Shown here: positions 29,267 to 37,121 of the stretch, piece after piece
How positions within the stretch are numbered: position 1 is the stretch's first letter
How the letters are laid out: every line of letters starts with the position of its first letter
Assembly (NCBI GenBank): GCA_034520885.1
Contig: JAXHNE010000007.1
Span: 1-52,826 of the forward strand
From: Candidatus Saccharimonadota bacterium
GTDB taxonomy: Bacteria; Patescibacteriota; Saccharimonadia; Saccharimonadales; JAXHNE01
DNA length: 52,826 nucleotides
Direction: 5' to 3'
Position numbers and translations under genes: made by a program
Notes under the pieces: generated by a model
Seen by the model: only the letters and a program-made list of their open reading frames with translations
Databases searched by the model: none
Told to the model about the DNA's origin: nothing

Positions 29267-29629
29267 ATGGGACGACACGCACCACAACGATTTTTAATCC
29301 GTTGGCTCACCAGTAGTTTGGGGCTTTGGGTGGCCGCCGGGTTGCTCAGCGGCATCACCTACGACAACGACGTTGTCGTACTCATCGCCGCCGGATTCTT
29401 GTTGGCCATTATTAATTCCATTATTAAACCGATCGTTATCTTGCTTTCTTTGCCGGCAATTTTGTTTAGTCTCGGTTTATTCATGATTATCATTAACGGG
29501 CTTATGGTGACCCTGTTAAGCGGCCTCTATTCGCGCTTGGATATTACCAGTTTTACGACCGCGGTGCTTGCCGGTATGGTCATTGGGTTGGTAAACTATT
29601 TAGTAACCACAATTTTGGAGGAAAAATGA
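29267..29629 (+). CDS. phage holin family IV-like (PF04020-type) small membrane protein
   Basis: 120 aa, 4 TM helices. LGLWVAAGLL.. and INSIIKPIVILLSLPAILFSLGLFMIIINGLM are typical of this family. Confidence 0.6.
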   Translation: MGRHAPQRFLIRWLTSSLGLWVAAGLLSGITYDNDVVVLIAAGFLLAIINSIIKPIVILLSLPAILFSLGLFMIIINGLMVTLLSGLYSRLDITSFTTAVLAGMVIGLVNYLVTTILEEK

Positions 29630-29844
29630 CCATATACAACTACATCACCATCGGTTCGGCGCTACTGTTGATTTTTCTTATTCTACTGCAAACCAGGGGC
29701 GCGAGCCTTGGGGCCGGTCTTGGTGGCGGAGCGAGCGGCGAAATTAACACCGTGCGCCGCGGTTCGGACAAAACACTTCACCAGTTAACAATCATGTTGG
29801 CTTTGATTTTTTCCGCGTCGCTGATACTGCACGTGACAGCCTAA
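29626..29844 (+). CDS. secG: preprotein translocase subunit SecG
   Basis: 72 aa, two TM helices flanking a Gly-rich loop (LLQTRGASLGAGLGGGASG). ATGA overlap with the upstream gene. Confidence 0.75.
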   Translation: MTIYNYITIGSALLLIFLILLQTRGASLGAGLGGGASGEINTVRRGSDKTLHQLTIMLALIFSASLILHVTA

Positions 29845-29862
29845 ACGGGGGTAGCTAATTGC

Positions 29863-31644
29863 ATGATTGATCGCAAGACCAAGCTACGGTTCCGTCGAAA
29901 CGTCCGCAAAGGTAAACGACAGGTCGAGGGTATTGGCATCCAAGCCGAGGATCACTTGGAGCGCTTATTCATCCGGCGTTTACACCGACTTATTACTGTG
30001 CGCCGTTTCGTGTTGTCGTGGCTTTTATTGGTCGTTTTCTTGTTCGGCGCCTCGGTATTCCAACTTCGTGCTTTGAGCGATCATTATCTGCGCTCCGCGC
30101 CAGCGGAGGGCGGCGTGTTTACCGAGGGCGTTATCGGATCTTTCACTAACGCCAACCCGCTGTATGCCACCGGTGGCGTTGACGGCGGTGTCTCCCGTTT
30201 ACTGTTTTCGTCGCTTTTGAAATACGACAAAGAGGGTGAACTAACGAATGACCTGGCCACCTCCTGGAAGGCCGACGAAAACGGGGAAGTGTACACCGTC
30301 ACCTTGCGCCAAGACGCGCAGTGGCACGACGGCAACCCGGTTACCGTGGAGGACGTGGTTTTCACGTATAAAATGATCCAGGACCCCAACACGCAGTCGC
30401 CGTTGTTTCCCGGATGGCGGGACGTTAAGATCGAAGCCGTGAATGACGAGCAAATAAAATTCACGCTCCCGAACGTGTTCGCCGCTTTTCCGCACTCCCT
30501 AACGAACGGCATTATTCCCGAACATATTCTCGGTGAAGTCTCCGCCGATCAAATGCGTTCCGATCAATTCAATACGGTGCGGCCGGTCGGTTCCGGCCCC
30601 TTTGAGTGGGAAGCGGTAGAAGTCTCGGGCGATAACCCCGAAGAACGCCAAGAGCAAATTTCGCTGACCCGCAACGAGGCGTATTATGACGGAGCCCCGA
30701 AATTGCGCCGTTTCGTAGTGAAGACTTTCCGGGAAGAATCGGTAATGCTTGAAAGCTATCAAGATCGGGAGATTATGGCCATGAGTGGCTTATCCAATAT
30801 CCCCGATACCATTGAGTCCGACGGCCTTTCGCGTTATAGCGTGCCGCAAACCGGAGCGGTAATGGTGTTTTTCAAAACCAGTGAAGGCGTTTTACAAAAT
30901 AAAGCCGTGCGCCAAGCGTTAACGCACGCGGTTGACGTTAACGATGTGATCGAACAGTTGCTAGAGCCGGTGATTCGCGTGGACAGTCCGCTGCTTCGCG
31001 GTCAGCTCGGATACGACGAAGAGCTTACGCAAAGAGAATACGATCTTAAAAAAGCCCGGAAAATTCTCTCCGAAAACGGGTGGGAAAAAGGCGAAGACGG
31101 CATCATGATAAAAGGCGAACGGCGCCTGGAATTCAACCTAAAAGCGCCAAGCTCCAGTGAGTTCACTATCGTCAGCGGAAAACTCCAAGAATATTGGCGT
31201 GAACTCGGCGCGGAAGTAACCGTGGATCAGCCGGACGATCCCGAACTACAGTCCATCGTTTCCCTGCATCAATACGAGGCCGTGATGTATAGCGTGAGCA
31301 TTGGCAAGGATCCGGACGTATTCGCCTTTTGGCATAGCTCCCAGGCCGATGTCCGCGCGGAGAACCGGCTTAACTTGAGCGAATATCAATCCACGGAAGC
31401 CGACCAGTCGCTAGAAGGCGGCCGAACGCGCGTAAATCCCAAACTGCGCGCGGTGAAATACCAGCCGTTCTTGCAGGCGTGGCGAAACGACGCCCCGGCT
31501 TTGGCGCTGTATCAGCCCCAGTATTTATACGTGGCGCGCGAAGCTATCGGCAGCTTTGATCCGCAAGTGTTGCACGACCCGAATGACCGTTACGGAAACG
31601 TCCACGACTGGACGATAAAAACCCGGAAAATCCACAAAAACTAA
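29863..31644 (+). CDS. ABC transporter substrate-binding protein, family 5 (peptide/nickel type), membrane-anchored; no cognate permease genes adjacent
   Basis: N-terminal TM anchor. SBP_bac_5-like core (LTNDLATSWKADENGEVYTVTLRQDAQWHDGNPVTVEDVVFTY). 593 aa. Confidence 0.8.
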   Translation: MIDRKTKLRFRRNVRKGKRQVEGIGIQAEDHLERLFIRRLHRLITVRRFVLSWLLLVVFLFGASVFQLRALSDHYLRSAPAEGGVFTEGVIGSFTNANPLYATGGVDGGVSRLLFSSLLKYDKEGELTNDLATSWKADENGEVYTVTLRQDAQWHDGNPVTVEDVVFTYKMIQDPNTQSPLFPGWRDVKIEAVNDEQIKFTLPNVFAAFPHSLTNGIIPEHILGEVSADQMRSDQFNTVRPVGSGPFEWEAVEVSGDNPEERQEQISLTRNEAYYDGAPKLRRFVVKTFREESVMLESYQDREIMAMSGLSNIPDTIESDGLSRYSVPQTGAVMVFFKTSEGVLQNKAVRQALTHAVDVNDVIEQLLEPVIRVDSPLLRGQLGYDEELTQREYDLKKARKILSENGWEKGEDGIMIKGERRLEFNLKAPSSSEFTIVSGKLQEYWRELGAEVTVDQPDDPELQSIVSLHQYEAVMYSVSIGKDPDVFAFWHSSQADVRAENRLNLSEYQSTEADQSLEGGRTRVNPKLRAVKYQPFLQAWRNDAPALALYQPQYLYVAREAIGSFDPQVLHDPNDRYGNVHDWTIKTRKIHKN

Positions 31645-31681
31645 TATGCGATGCATAGATTAGTTAACGTTATGCCTGTAT

Positions 31682-32329
31682 TTACGGCCTAGTTTCTTTA
31701 ATAGCTAATAACTCTTCAATGTCTCTAACAAGAAGCTCCACACCGGTATATTTTTTCTTATCAATAAAGAGCGTTGCTAGCCCAACCGATTTTGCAACTA
31801 CTGTATGCTCTAAAGTGTCATCTACGAATAATGCATCTTTTGCGGGAACACCAAAGTGAGTAAGTGTTTGTTGAAAAAAACGCGGATCCGCTTTGCTCAT
31901 ACCGGCTTCTGCGGAAAATGACGTATAGTCAAACCCTTCGTACCGCCCCCATGGTTTCGTTAATTTTACTTCAAACATGTACATATCGGATAAAAGCGAC
32001 ACTTTAATGCCGGTCTGGCGCACTTTCTCGACAAGCTCAATCATCTCTTCGGATGGCGGATTGGTCATAGCGACGGTTGCTTTCTCAAACTGCTTTGCAG
32101 AAGGTAATTGCGAGACACCCAGTATAGCTCCGACGCGTTCAATATAGTTTTTTACGGTAATTTCATTAGCTGCCAGTAACCGAGAATGCTTTGAAATTTC
32201 TTTCTTTTCGGTATCAATCGGGGCTTTACCAAATGACGAAAGCATAATTTTATTAAAGTTTCCCAATGTGTAATCGAAAGAATAAACGCCACCGTAATCA
32301 AGAATAAGCAGTTTATAAGCTGACTTCAT
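31682..32329 (-). CDS. HAD-superfamily hydrolase
   Basis: Motif I LILDYGGV, C-terminal FVDDTLEH (motif IV). 215 aa. AT-richer than its neighbours. Confidence 0.7.
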   Translation of the reverse strand: MKSAYKLLILDYGGVYSFDYTLGNFNKIMLSSFGKAPIDTEKKEISKHSRLLAANEITVKNYIERVGAILGVSQLPSAKQFEKATVAMTNPPSEEMIELVEKVRQTGIKVSLLSDMYMFEVKLTKPWGRYEGFDYTSFSAEAGMSKADPRFFQQTLTHFGVPAKDALFVDDTLEHTVVAKSVGLATLFIDKKKYTGVELLVRDIEELLAIKETRP

Positions 32330-32394
32330 AATCTTTACTATAACAAAACCAAATAAAACCCGACCGAATGGGCGTCAAATTTTATACTTTGATT

Positions 32395-32429
32395 GTGCGC
32401 GAGACCTACCTTCGGCAGGCAAGGAGGAC
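32395..32429 (-). repeat. degenerate copy of the tRNA-Leu(GAG) 3' end carrying an ~19-nt hairpin insertion
   Basis: GTGCGCGAGA + CCTACCTTCGGCAGGCAAG + GAGGAC. The flanks match the acceptor 3' strand and T-stem of tRNA 32724..32811. Confidence 0.6.
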
Positions 32430-32597
32430 TTGACTGGTTTTCTCGCTCAAGAGTGCAAGCACATTTCGCTCGCTGCCCGACAAAGTCGGGCTCCAAAGGA
32501 CTCCTCAATCCGCCACCTGGCGGATCTCACCTACGGTTCAAGTCCTACTAAAACAAAATCCTTTATAGCTCCACACAAAGTGGAGCGACGGAGGATG

Positions 32598-32632
32598 GTG
32601 CGCGAGACCTGCCTTCGGCGGGCAGGGAGGAC
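32598..32632 (-). repeat. second degenerate copy of the tRNA-Leu(GAG) 3' end with the same hairpin insertion; preceded by TGG (CCA)
   Basis: TGGTGCGCGAGA (32596-32607) is identical to the first 12 nt of the real tRNA 3' end. 31/35 identity to copy 32395-32429 by eye. Confidence 0.6.
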
Positions 32633-32723
32633 AGCGCCAGGGCTTCGCGCCTGACTAACCTCGCATTGGAGGTTCAAGACTTTCAAACCATTGAAAAAGC
32701 CAGCACAAGGCTGGCTACTTCAA

Positions 32724-32811
32724 TGGTGCGCGAGAGAGGACTTGAACCTCCACGTCCCTAAGGACACTACGACCTCAACGTAGCCTGTCTACCAGATTCC
32801 AGCACTCGCGC
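32724..32811 (-). tRNA. tRNA-Leu (anticodon GAG), CCA encoded
   Basis: 88 nt. Acceptor GCGCGAG/CTCGCGC, anticodon loop TTGAGGT, long variable arm, T-loop GGTTCAAGTCC. Confidence 0.92.
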
Positions 32812-33050
32812 ATAACAGGTTAAACCGATTAACTTATGGTACGTTTTTTGCCAAGAAATCTCAAGTTTCATACGGGTTCATGTGAGCGTATGAAATTCCG
32901 GTGCTGCTATGCTATGATACAAAGCGACGATATGCTAACGCTTAAGAGAAGGTGATTAAAAAAAGCCAATGAATCCCGTAGGAAACTATTATATAATTTT
33001 TTGTGGACGGAAAGTAGTCAACGGCGCTCAAAGAGGGGGTTTCTAACGGG

Positions 33051-34688
33051 ATGAACAAAGTCGCACACTATCTGCAAGAGCATTTACGCGGTGAGGTAAT
33101 GACCTCTTCCGACGTACGCAAGTACTTTTCTACCGACGGGAGCGTTTTTAAAGTAACACCCGGCATCGTGGTATATCCACGCAGCGAAAACGACGTTCGT
33201 AAAGCCGCCCGTTTTTCCTGGCAACTCGCGGAGCGGGGAAAAGTCGTGCCGATCACCGCGCGCGGCAAAGGTACCGACCAAGCCGGCGGCGCGTTGGGAA
33301 CGGGCATAATGTTGGTGTTCCCGGCGCATATGAACAAGATCCTGGAGCTGGACGGCAAAACCGGCGTTATCACCGCGGAACCGGGTATTATTTACGGAAA
33401 ACTCCAACAAACGCTCCATACCCACAATCGTTTTTTGCCGCCGTTCCCTTCCTCCATAGAGTACAGTACCATCGGCGGAGCGATTGCCAACAATGCCGGT
33501 GGCGAAAAAACCCTCAAGTACGGTAATACCCGCGACTACATTCGCGGTTTACGCATGGTGTTGGCCAACGGGGAGGTGATAGAAACCCGGCGGCTTTCCA
33601 AGCGGGAGCTCAACAAAAAGTTGGGCTTGCAAACGTTCGAAGGCGAAATATACCGCGCCGTGGATACGCTCATTGAGGAAAACAAGAACACCATTGATAA
33701 AAACGTTCCTTCCGTTACCAAAAATTCGGCCGGGTACGCACTCGGCCACGTCAAGCGCAAAGACGGATCATTCGATCTTACGCCGCTGATTGTCGGCTCC
33801 CAAGGAACACTGGGAATCGTTACCGAAGCCACGATCGAAACCGAGTTTCACAACCCGCACGAAACGCTTATTGTCGCTAAGTTTGATGACCTTCAGGTGG
33901 CGGAACAGGCGGTATTGGAGCTGCGCGACCTTCCGGAAATGCCCAGCGCCATGGAAATGGTCGACGAAAACCTCTTAAATTTCATTCACGAGCATAATCC
34001 CAACCAACTCAAAGGCATCATCGATCCGCCGTATCATAAAATGGTGATGTTGATAGAATTCGATAACACCGGCACGCGCACGCAAAAACGCATGACCAAA
34101 AAGGCCAAAAAGATCCTGGACAAATACCAAGTAACTTACGAAGTCGAAACCGACAGCGAAAAACAGGCCGATCTATGGAAGATCCGTCACGGTGCGGCAT
34201 CCGTTATATCTCACACGGAAGGCAATAGTAAGGCCTTGCCGATCATTGAAGACGGCATCGTTCCGGTCGATAAAATCCATCAATATGTGACAAACATTTA
34301 CGATTTGTTCAAAAAACATAACTTGCGGGCAGCTTTGTGGGGCCATGCCGGAAATGCCAACCTGCACATGCAACCGTTTTTGGATCTTTCCCAAGTCGGT
34401 GACCGCCAAAAAATATTTAAAATCATCGACGAATACTACAACATGGTGATTGAACTGGGCGGAAGTACCAGCGGCGAACACAGCGACGGCCGCTTACGGG
34501 CACCCTACCTGGAAAAAATGTACGGCAACGAAGTCTACTCGCTGTTTCAAAAGGTTAAAAAAGCGTTTGATCCCTACGGCATCCTGAACCCGGGCGTCAA
34601 AATGGATGTCAAATTAACCGATGTCAAGCCGCTTTTGCGTCAGGAGTATTCCATGGAACACCTCTACGATCATATGCCAAGGACGTAA
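33051..34688 (+). CDS. FAD-binding oxidoreductase (GlcD / D-lactate dehydrogenase family)
   Basis: FAD_binding_4-type N-terminus (ARGKGTDQAGGA, GGAIANNAGGEKTLKYG) and FAD-oxidase C-terminal domain (GGSTSGEHSDG). AGAGGGGG SD-like motif upstream. Confidence 0.85.
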   Translation: MNKVAHYLQEHLRGEVMTSSDVRKYFSTDGSVFKVTPGIVVYPRSENDVRKAARFSWQLAERGKVVPITARGKGTDQAGGALGTGIMLVFPAHMNKILELDGKTGVITAEPGIIYGKLQQTLHTHNRFLPPFPSSIEYSTIGGAIANNAGGEKTLKYGNTRDYIRGLRMVLANGEVIETRRLSKRELNKKLGLQTFEGEIYRAVDTLIEENKNTIDKNVPSVTKNSAGYALGHVKRKDGSFDLTPLIVGSQGTLGIVTEATIETEFHNPHETLIVAKFDDLQVAEQAVLELRDLPEMPSAMEMVDENLLNFIHEHNPNQLKGIIDPPYHKMVMLIEFDNTGTRTQKRMTKKAKKILDKYQVTYEVETDSEKQADLWKIRHGAASVISHTEGNSKALPIIEDGIVPVDKIHQYVTNIYDLFKKHNLRAALWGHAGNANLHMQPFLDLSQVGDRQKIFKIIDEYYNMVIELGGSTSGEHSDGRLRAPYLEKMYGNEVYSLFQKVKKAFDPYGILNPGVKMDVKLTDVKPLLRQEYSMEHLYDHMPRT

Positions 34689-34690
34689 AA

Positions 34691-34999
34691 ATGAACTTGC
34701 ACGATATTTTAGTGAGCATCAGCGTCGTCGATATCATCGGGCTCACCGGTGCGGCGTTAATTATCTTCGGGTTTTTCCGCATCACCTTGGGTATGTGGAC
34801 GAGCCGGTCGCTTTGGTACGAAATTGATAACCTGGCCGGTGCCACGCTTCTGGGCATTCACGAATTACTTATCGGGGCGTATATTCCCATGGTGCTCAGT
34901 CTTATGTGGGCAATCGTGGCCATTAAAGGGTTAACCTCTTTTCAGCAACGTTCAGATGAACAAAAACTAAAAAAGGCCTTAAAAGACCGCAAGGGCTAA
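34691..34999 (+). CDS. small 3-TM membrane protein of unknown function
   Basis: 102-aa ORF starting 3 nt after the upstream stop. Three hydrophobic helices, basic C-terminal tail. Confidence 0.6.
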   Translation: MNLHDILVSISVVDIIGLTGAALIIFGFFRITLGMWTSRSLWYEIDNLAGATLLGIHELLIGAYIPMVLSLMWAIVAIKGLTSFQQRSDEQKLKKALKDRKG

Positions 35000-35090
35000 A
35001 ACTTTTCCGGAAAATAAAATTCCCTCACCGTGTATGAGGAGAGGGACTTGATTATTCACTTAATCCTTCGTAGCTTTTAGCGAAGAAGGA

Positions 35091-35167
35091 TGGTGGGTTG
35101 TGAGGGACTTGAACCCCCGACCCCCTCGTTGTAAGCGAGGTGCTCTAGCCAGCTGAGCTAACAACCC
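35091..35167 (-). tRNA. tRNA-Val (anticodon TAC), CCA encoded
   Basis: 77 nt. Acceptor GGGTTGT/ACAACCC, D-loop AGCTGGCTA, anticodon loop CTTACAA, T-loop GGTTCAAGTCC. Confidence 0.93.
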
Positions 35168-35335
35168 ATGGATAGTAATTATATTGTAAAAGTTAACTCA
35201 GTGAAACCTATGCTCACCTTTGGCGAGCCCGAAACTTACGTCTTTGCAAACAAGCATGCCATGGCGACACGCCGTGGTTTGCAAGTGAAGGTTTCCCTGC
35301 AATCCGCTGCACAGCAGAGCCACCGGCAGTTCTCA

Positions 35336-35454
35336 CCCCTCGTTGTAAGCGAGGTGCTCCTTGCCCGGCATGTTTTCAGAGTAAGCGTAGTCTGTAATCA
35401 GATTACGCTAACATCCAGAAAACGTGCGGGGTAGCCAGCTGAGCTAACAACCCA
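35336..35454 (-). pseudogene. displaced, interrupted copy of the tRNA-Val 5' half (acceptor 5' strand + D-arm + anticodon arm) with a 72-nt hairpin-forming insertion in the D-loop
   Basis: 35336-35359 (24 nt) and 35432-35454 (23 nt) are identical to the matching parts of tRNA 35091..35167. The insertion is 35360-35431. No matching 3' half. Confidence 0.8.
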
Positions 35455-35467
35455 TTATTTTTGGATG

Positions 35468-35554
35468 TGGTGCGGATGAGAGGACTTGAACCTCCACGGA
35501 GTCGCCTCCACTACGTTCTGAACGTAGCGCGTCTACCAATTCCGCCACATCCGC
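35468..35554 (-). tRNA. tRNA-Leu (anticodon CAG), CCA encoded
   Basis: 87 nt. Acceptor GCGGATG/CATCCGC, anticodon loop TTCAGAA, long variable arm, T-loop GGTTCAAGTCC. Confidence 0.92.
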
Positions 35555-35657
35555 GGGAATAGAACAGGGGACATCATAGCATTCGCGACTAAAAAAGGGA
35601 AGTGTTTGGGCGCAACTCGACAAACCGCGTATACTGGAAAGACCAGAAGGAGGGTCT

Positions 35658-35765
35658 ATGTCAACGGGTGATGATTTACGCATTGCGGCAAAAGACACAT
35701 ATAATGCCGCGCAGAAAAAGAAGGACCGAGCCAAAGAACTCGATCAACAGCAGGATCAATTATAA
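35658..35765 (+). CDS. possible 35-aa small protein (MSTGDDLRIAAKDTYNAAQKKKDRAKELDQQQDQL)
   Basis: Strong SD GAAGGAGGG 5 nt before ATG 35658. The stop is 1 nt before the mazG-like ATG. Below the ORF-track length cutoff. Confidence 0.4.
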   Translation: MSTGDDLRIAAKDTYNAAQKKKDRAKELDQQQDQL

Positions 35766-35766
35766 A

Positions 35767-36096
35767 ATGCCTGATAAAAGTTTAAAGCAATACCAGCAGG
35801 CCGTTGATGATTGGGCGCAAACACTTGAAAAACCTTACTGGTCACCCCTTTCACAGCTCGCTCGACTCATGGAAGAAACCGGTGAATTAGCCCGCATCTA
35901 CAACCACAAATACGGCGACAAGAACAAAAAGCCAACCGAAGCCCCGGATGATATCAAGGACGAAATGGGGGACATCCTGTTTGATCTTATTTGCATGGCT
36001 AACACCGAAAAGGTAAGTCTCAGCGAATGCCTGGATAAAGTAATAGATAAAGCTAACATTCGCGATAAAGACCGCTTCAAGAAGAAAACAAATTAA
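35767..36096 (+). CDS. mazG: MazG-like nucleotide pyrophosphohydrolase domain protein
   Basis: EETGELA .. KDEMGDILFDLICMAN pattern (EExxE/D metal-binding helices). 109 aa from ATG 35767; the track ORF begins earlier and overlaps the tRNA. Confidence 0.75.
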   Translation: MPDKSLKQYQQAVDDWAQTLEKPYWSPLSQLARLMEETGELARIYNHKYGDKNKKPTEAPDDIKDEMGDILFDLICMANTEKVSLSECLDKVIDKANIRDKDRFKKKTN

Positions 36097-36098
36097 AA

Positions 36099-36123
36099 GC
36101 CCGGCTTTGCCGGGCAGGTTTTT
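36099..36123 (+). terminator. rho-independent terminator after the mazG-like gene
   Basis: GCCCGGC TTT GCCGGGC stem-loop followed by AGGTTTTT. Confidence 0.7.
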
Positions 36124-36137
36124 GGGATTCGCATGTT

Positions 36138-36154
36138 TGGTGGCTCCGCACAGA
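36138..36154 (-). repeat. 17-nt direct copy of the tRNA-Phe 3' end (scar)
   Basis: TGGTGGCTCCGCACAGA is identical to 36285-36301. Confidence 0.7.
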
Positions 36155-36250
36155 ATACTAGGTATATTCAATCCAAGCGCCCGCTGGCGCTGTGGCTTGT
36201 GACTGAATAGCGAACTTACAGTTCGAATCACTGCAAGGGTAGCAGTCCAA

Positions 36251-36274
36251 GAAAAAAGCCCAAGACAAGCTTGG
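36251..36274 (-). terminator. terminator-like hairpin + T-run directly after tRNA-Phe
   Basis: On the minus strand, CCAAG CTTGT CTTGG then GCTTTTTTC. The same design follows tRNA-Gly. Confidence 0.5.
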
Positions 36275-36284
36275 ACGTTTTTCT

Positions 36285-36360
36285 TGGTGGCTCCGCACAG
36301 ACTCGAACTGTGGACACAAGGCTCTTCAAGCCTCTGCTCTACCAACTGAGCTACAGAGCC
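36285..36360 (-). tRNA. tRNA-Phe (anticodon GAA), CCA encoded
   Basis: 76 nt. Acceptor GGCTCTG/CGGAGCC, D-loop AGTTGGTA, anticodon loop TTGAAGA, T-loop AGTTCGAGTCT. Confidence 0.93.
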
Positions 36361-36399
36361 ACGCTAAATCATTCTACTCACTAAAAGGTGTTTTGCAAA

Positions 36400-36496
36400 G
36401 AGCCTTGTGTCCCTGGGACACCATGATAATTCTAAATCTCATTCGCTCTTCAAGCCCTTTTCTACCTCCGCTGTCTAGCGGATGAGCTACAGAGCC
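36400..36496 (-). pseudogene. degenerate, rearranged copy of the tRNA-Phe 5' half
   Basis: GAGCTACAGAGCCACGCT (36484-36501) is identical to 36348-36365. GCTCTTCAAGCC (36445-36456) is the anticodon arm. GAGCCTTGTGTCC (36400-36412) is followed by its own inverted copy. Confidence 0.65.
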
Positions 36497-36567
36497 ACGC
36501 TGCAATATTCTACCCCGAGAAGACCATTTTGAGAAGACCGAATAGATGGGGTTAAGGGCACACTTGC

Positions 36568-37026
36568 TTATTTTGATGATAATCGTCGGACGCTACCATT
36601 GTTTTCAATGGATGGGCGCGTCTTTTGGCGAGGAAGTTTTTCGTACGAAGATTCCATTGGGTCTTGAATGACCGGAGAAAAACCAACGCGCAATAGCCCT
36701 TCAACGATTCTATTGGTTCTCGGAAAATAGTATCCGACGAGTTGGCCGGAAAATTGCCGTTCTTCTTCGTCTCTTATGACGAGTCCATCAACGTTCGGAA
36801 AACCACAGTCGCTCAAACCCTTTATTTGAATCTCGACCCGTCTATCGGCTGCTTCATAGCTAAAGAAAGTATCAAGCAAGGCGATATCCCCTAGAAATGG
36901 CCACAATTTCGAGTCAGTGCGACTTGACGCCTCAGCCAGGTCAATAACTCGTTCTACGGGTGGCGATTGCGGTCCGCCTGCTATGAACTCAACATCCGGC
37001 TCCCAATCATGATACGCGGCAGACAT
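36568..37026 (-). CDS. hypothetical protein (cassette)
   Basis: 152-aa ORF. TGGTTAAAT extended -10 (37034-37042) 7 nt before the ATG. No recognisable motifs. Confidence 0.55.
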   Translation of the reverse strand: MSAAYHDWEPDVEFIAGGPQSPPVERVIDLAEASSRTDSKLWPFLGDIALLDTFFSYEAADRRVEIQIKGLSDCGFPNVDGLVIRDEEERQFSGQLVGYYFPRTNRIVEGLLRVGFSPVIQDPMESSYEKLPRQKTRPSIENNGSVRRLSSK

Positions 37027-37121
37027 ATAATTTATTTAACCATATTTACGAGCCAAGTAACAAAAATTACGTAAAAAGTGACCACCCAGACTAAAATTGG
37101 CGAATGGCTTTACGGGGTAAA

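Noticed and set aside
32330-32723. RNase P RNA or tmRNA in the ORF-free region next to tRNA-Leu(GAG)
   Set aside because: AAAGTCGGGCTCCAAAGGAC loosely resembles the RNase P CR-I (GGAAAGTCCGGGCTCC), and ..GCGCACCA resembles a tmRNA/tRNA end. No other conserved RNase P regions (e.g. ACAGAA..CCGGCTTA) or a tmRNA tag ORF/acceptor pairing could be found. The pieces are better explained as tRNA-Leu fragments.
36170-36245. Additional plus-strand tRNA between the Phe scar and tRNA-Phe
   Set aside because: A T-arm-like CAGTTCGAATCACTG and a GGCGCTGTGGC string (like the tRNA-Cys 5' end) occur here. No acceptor pairing, D-arm or anticodon arm can be assembled, so it is treated as fragment debris.
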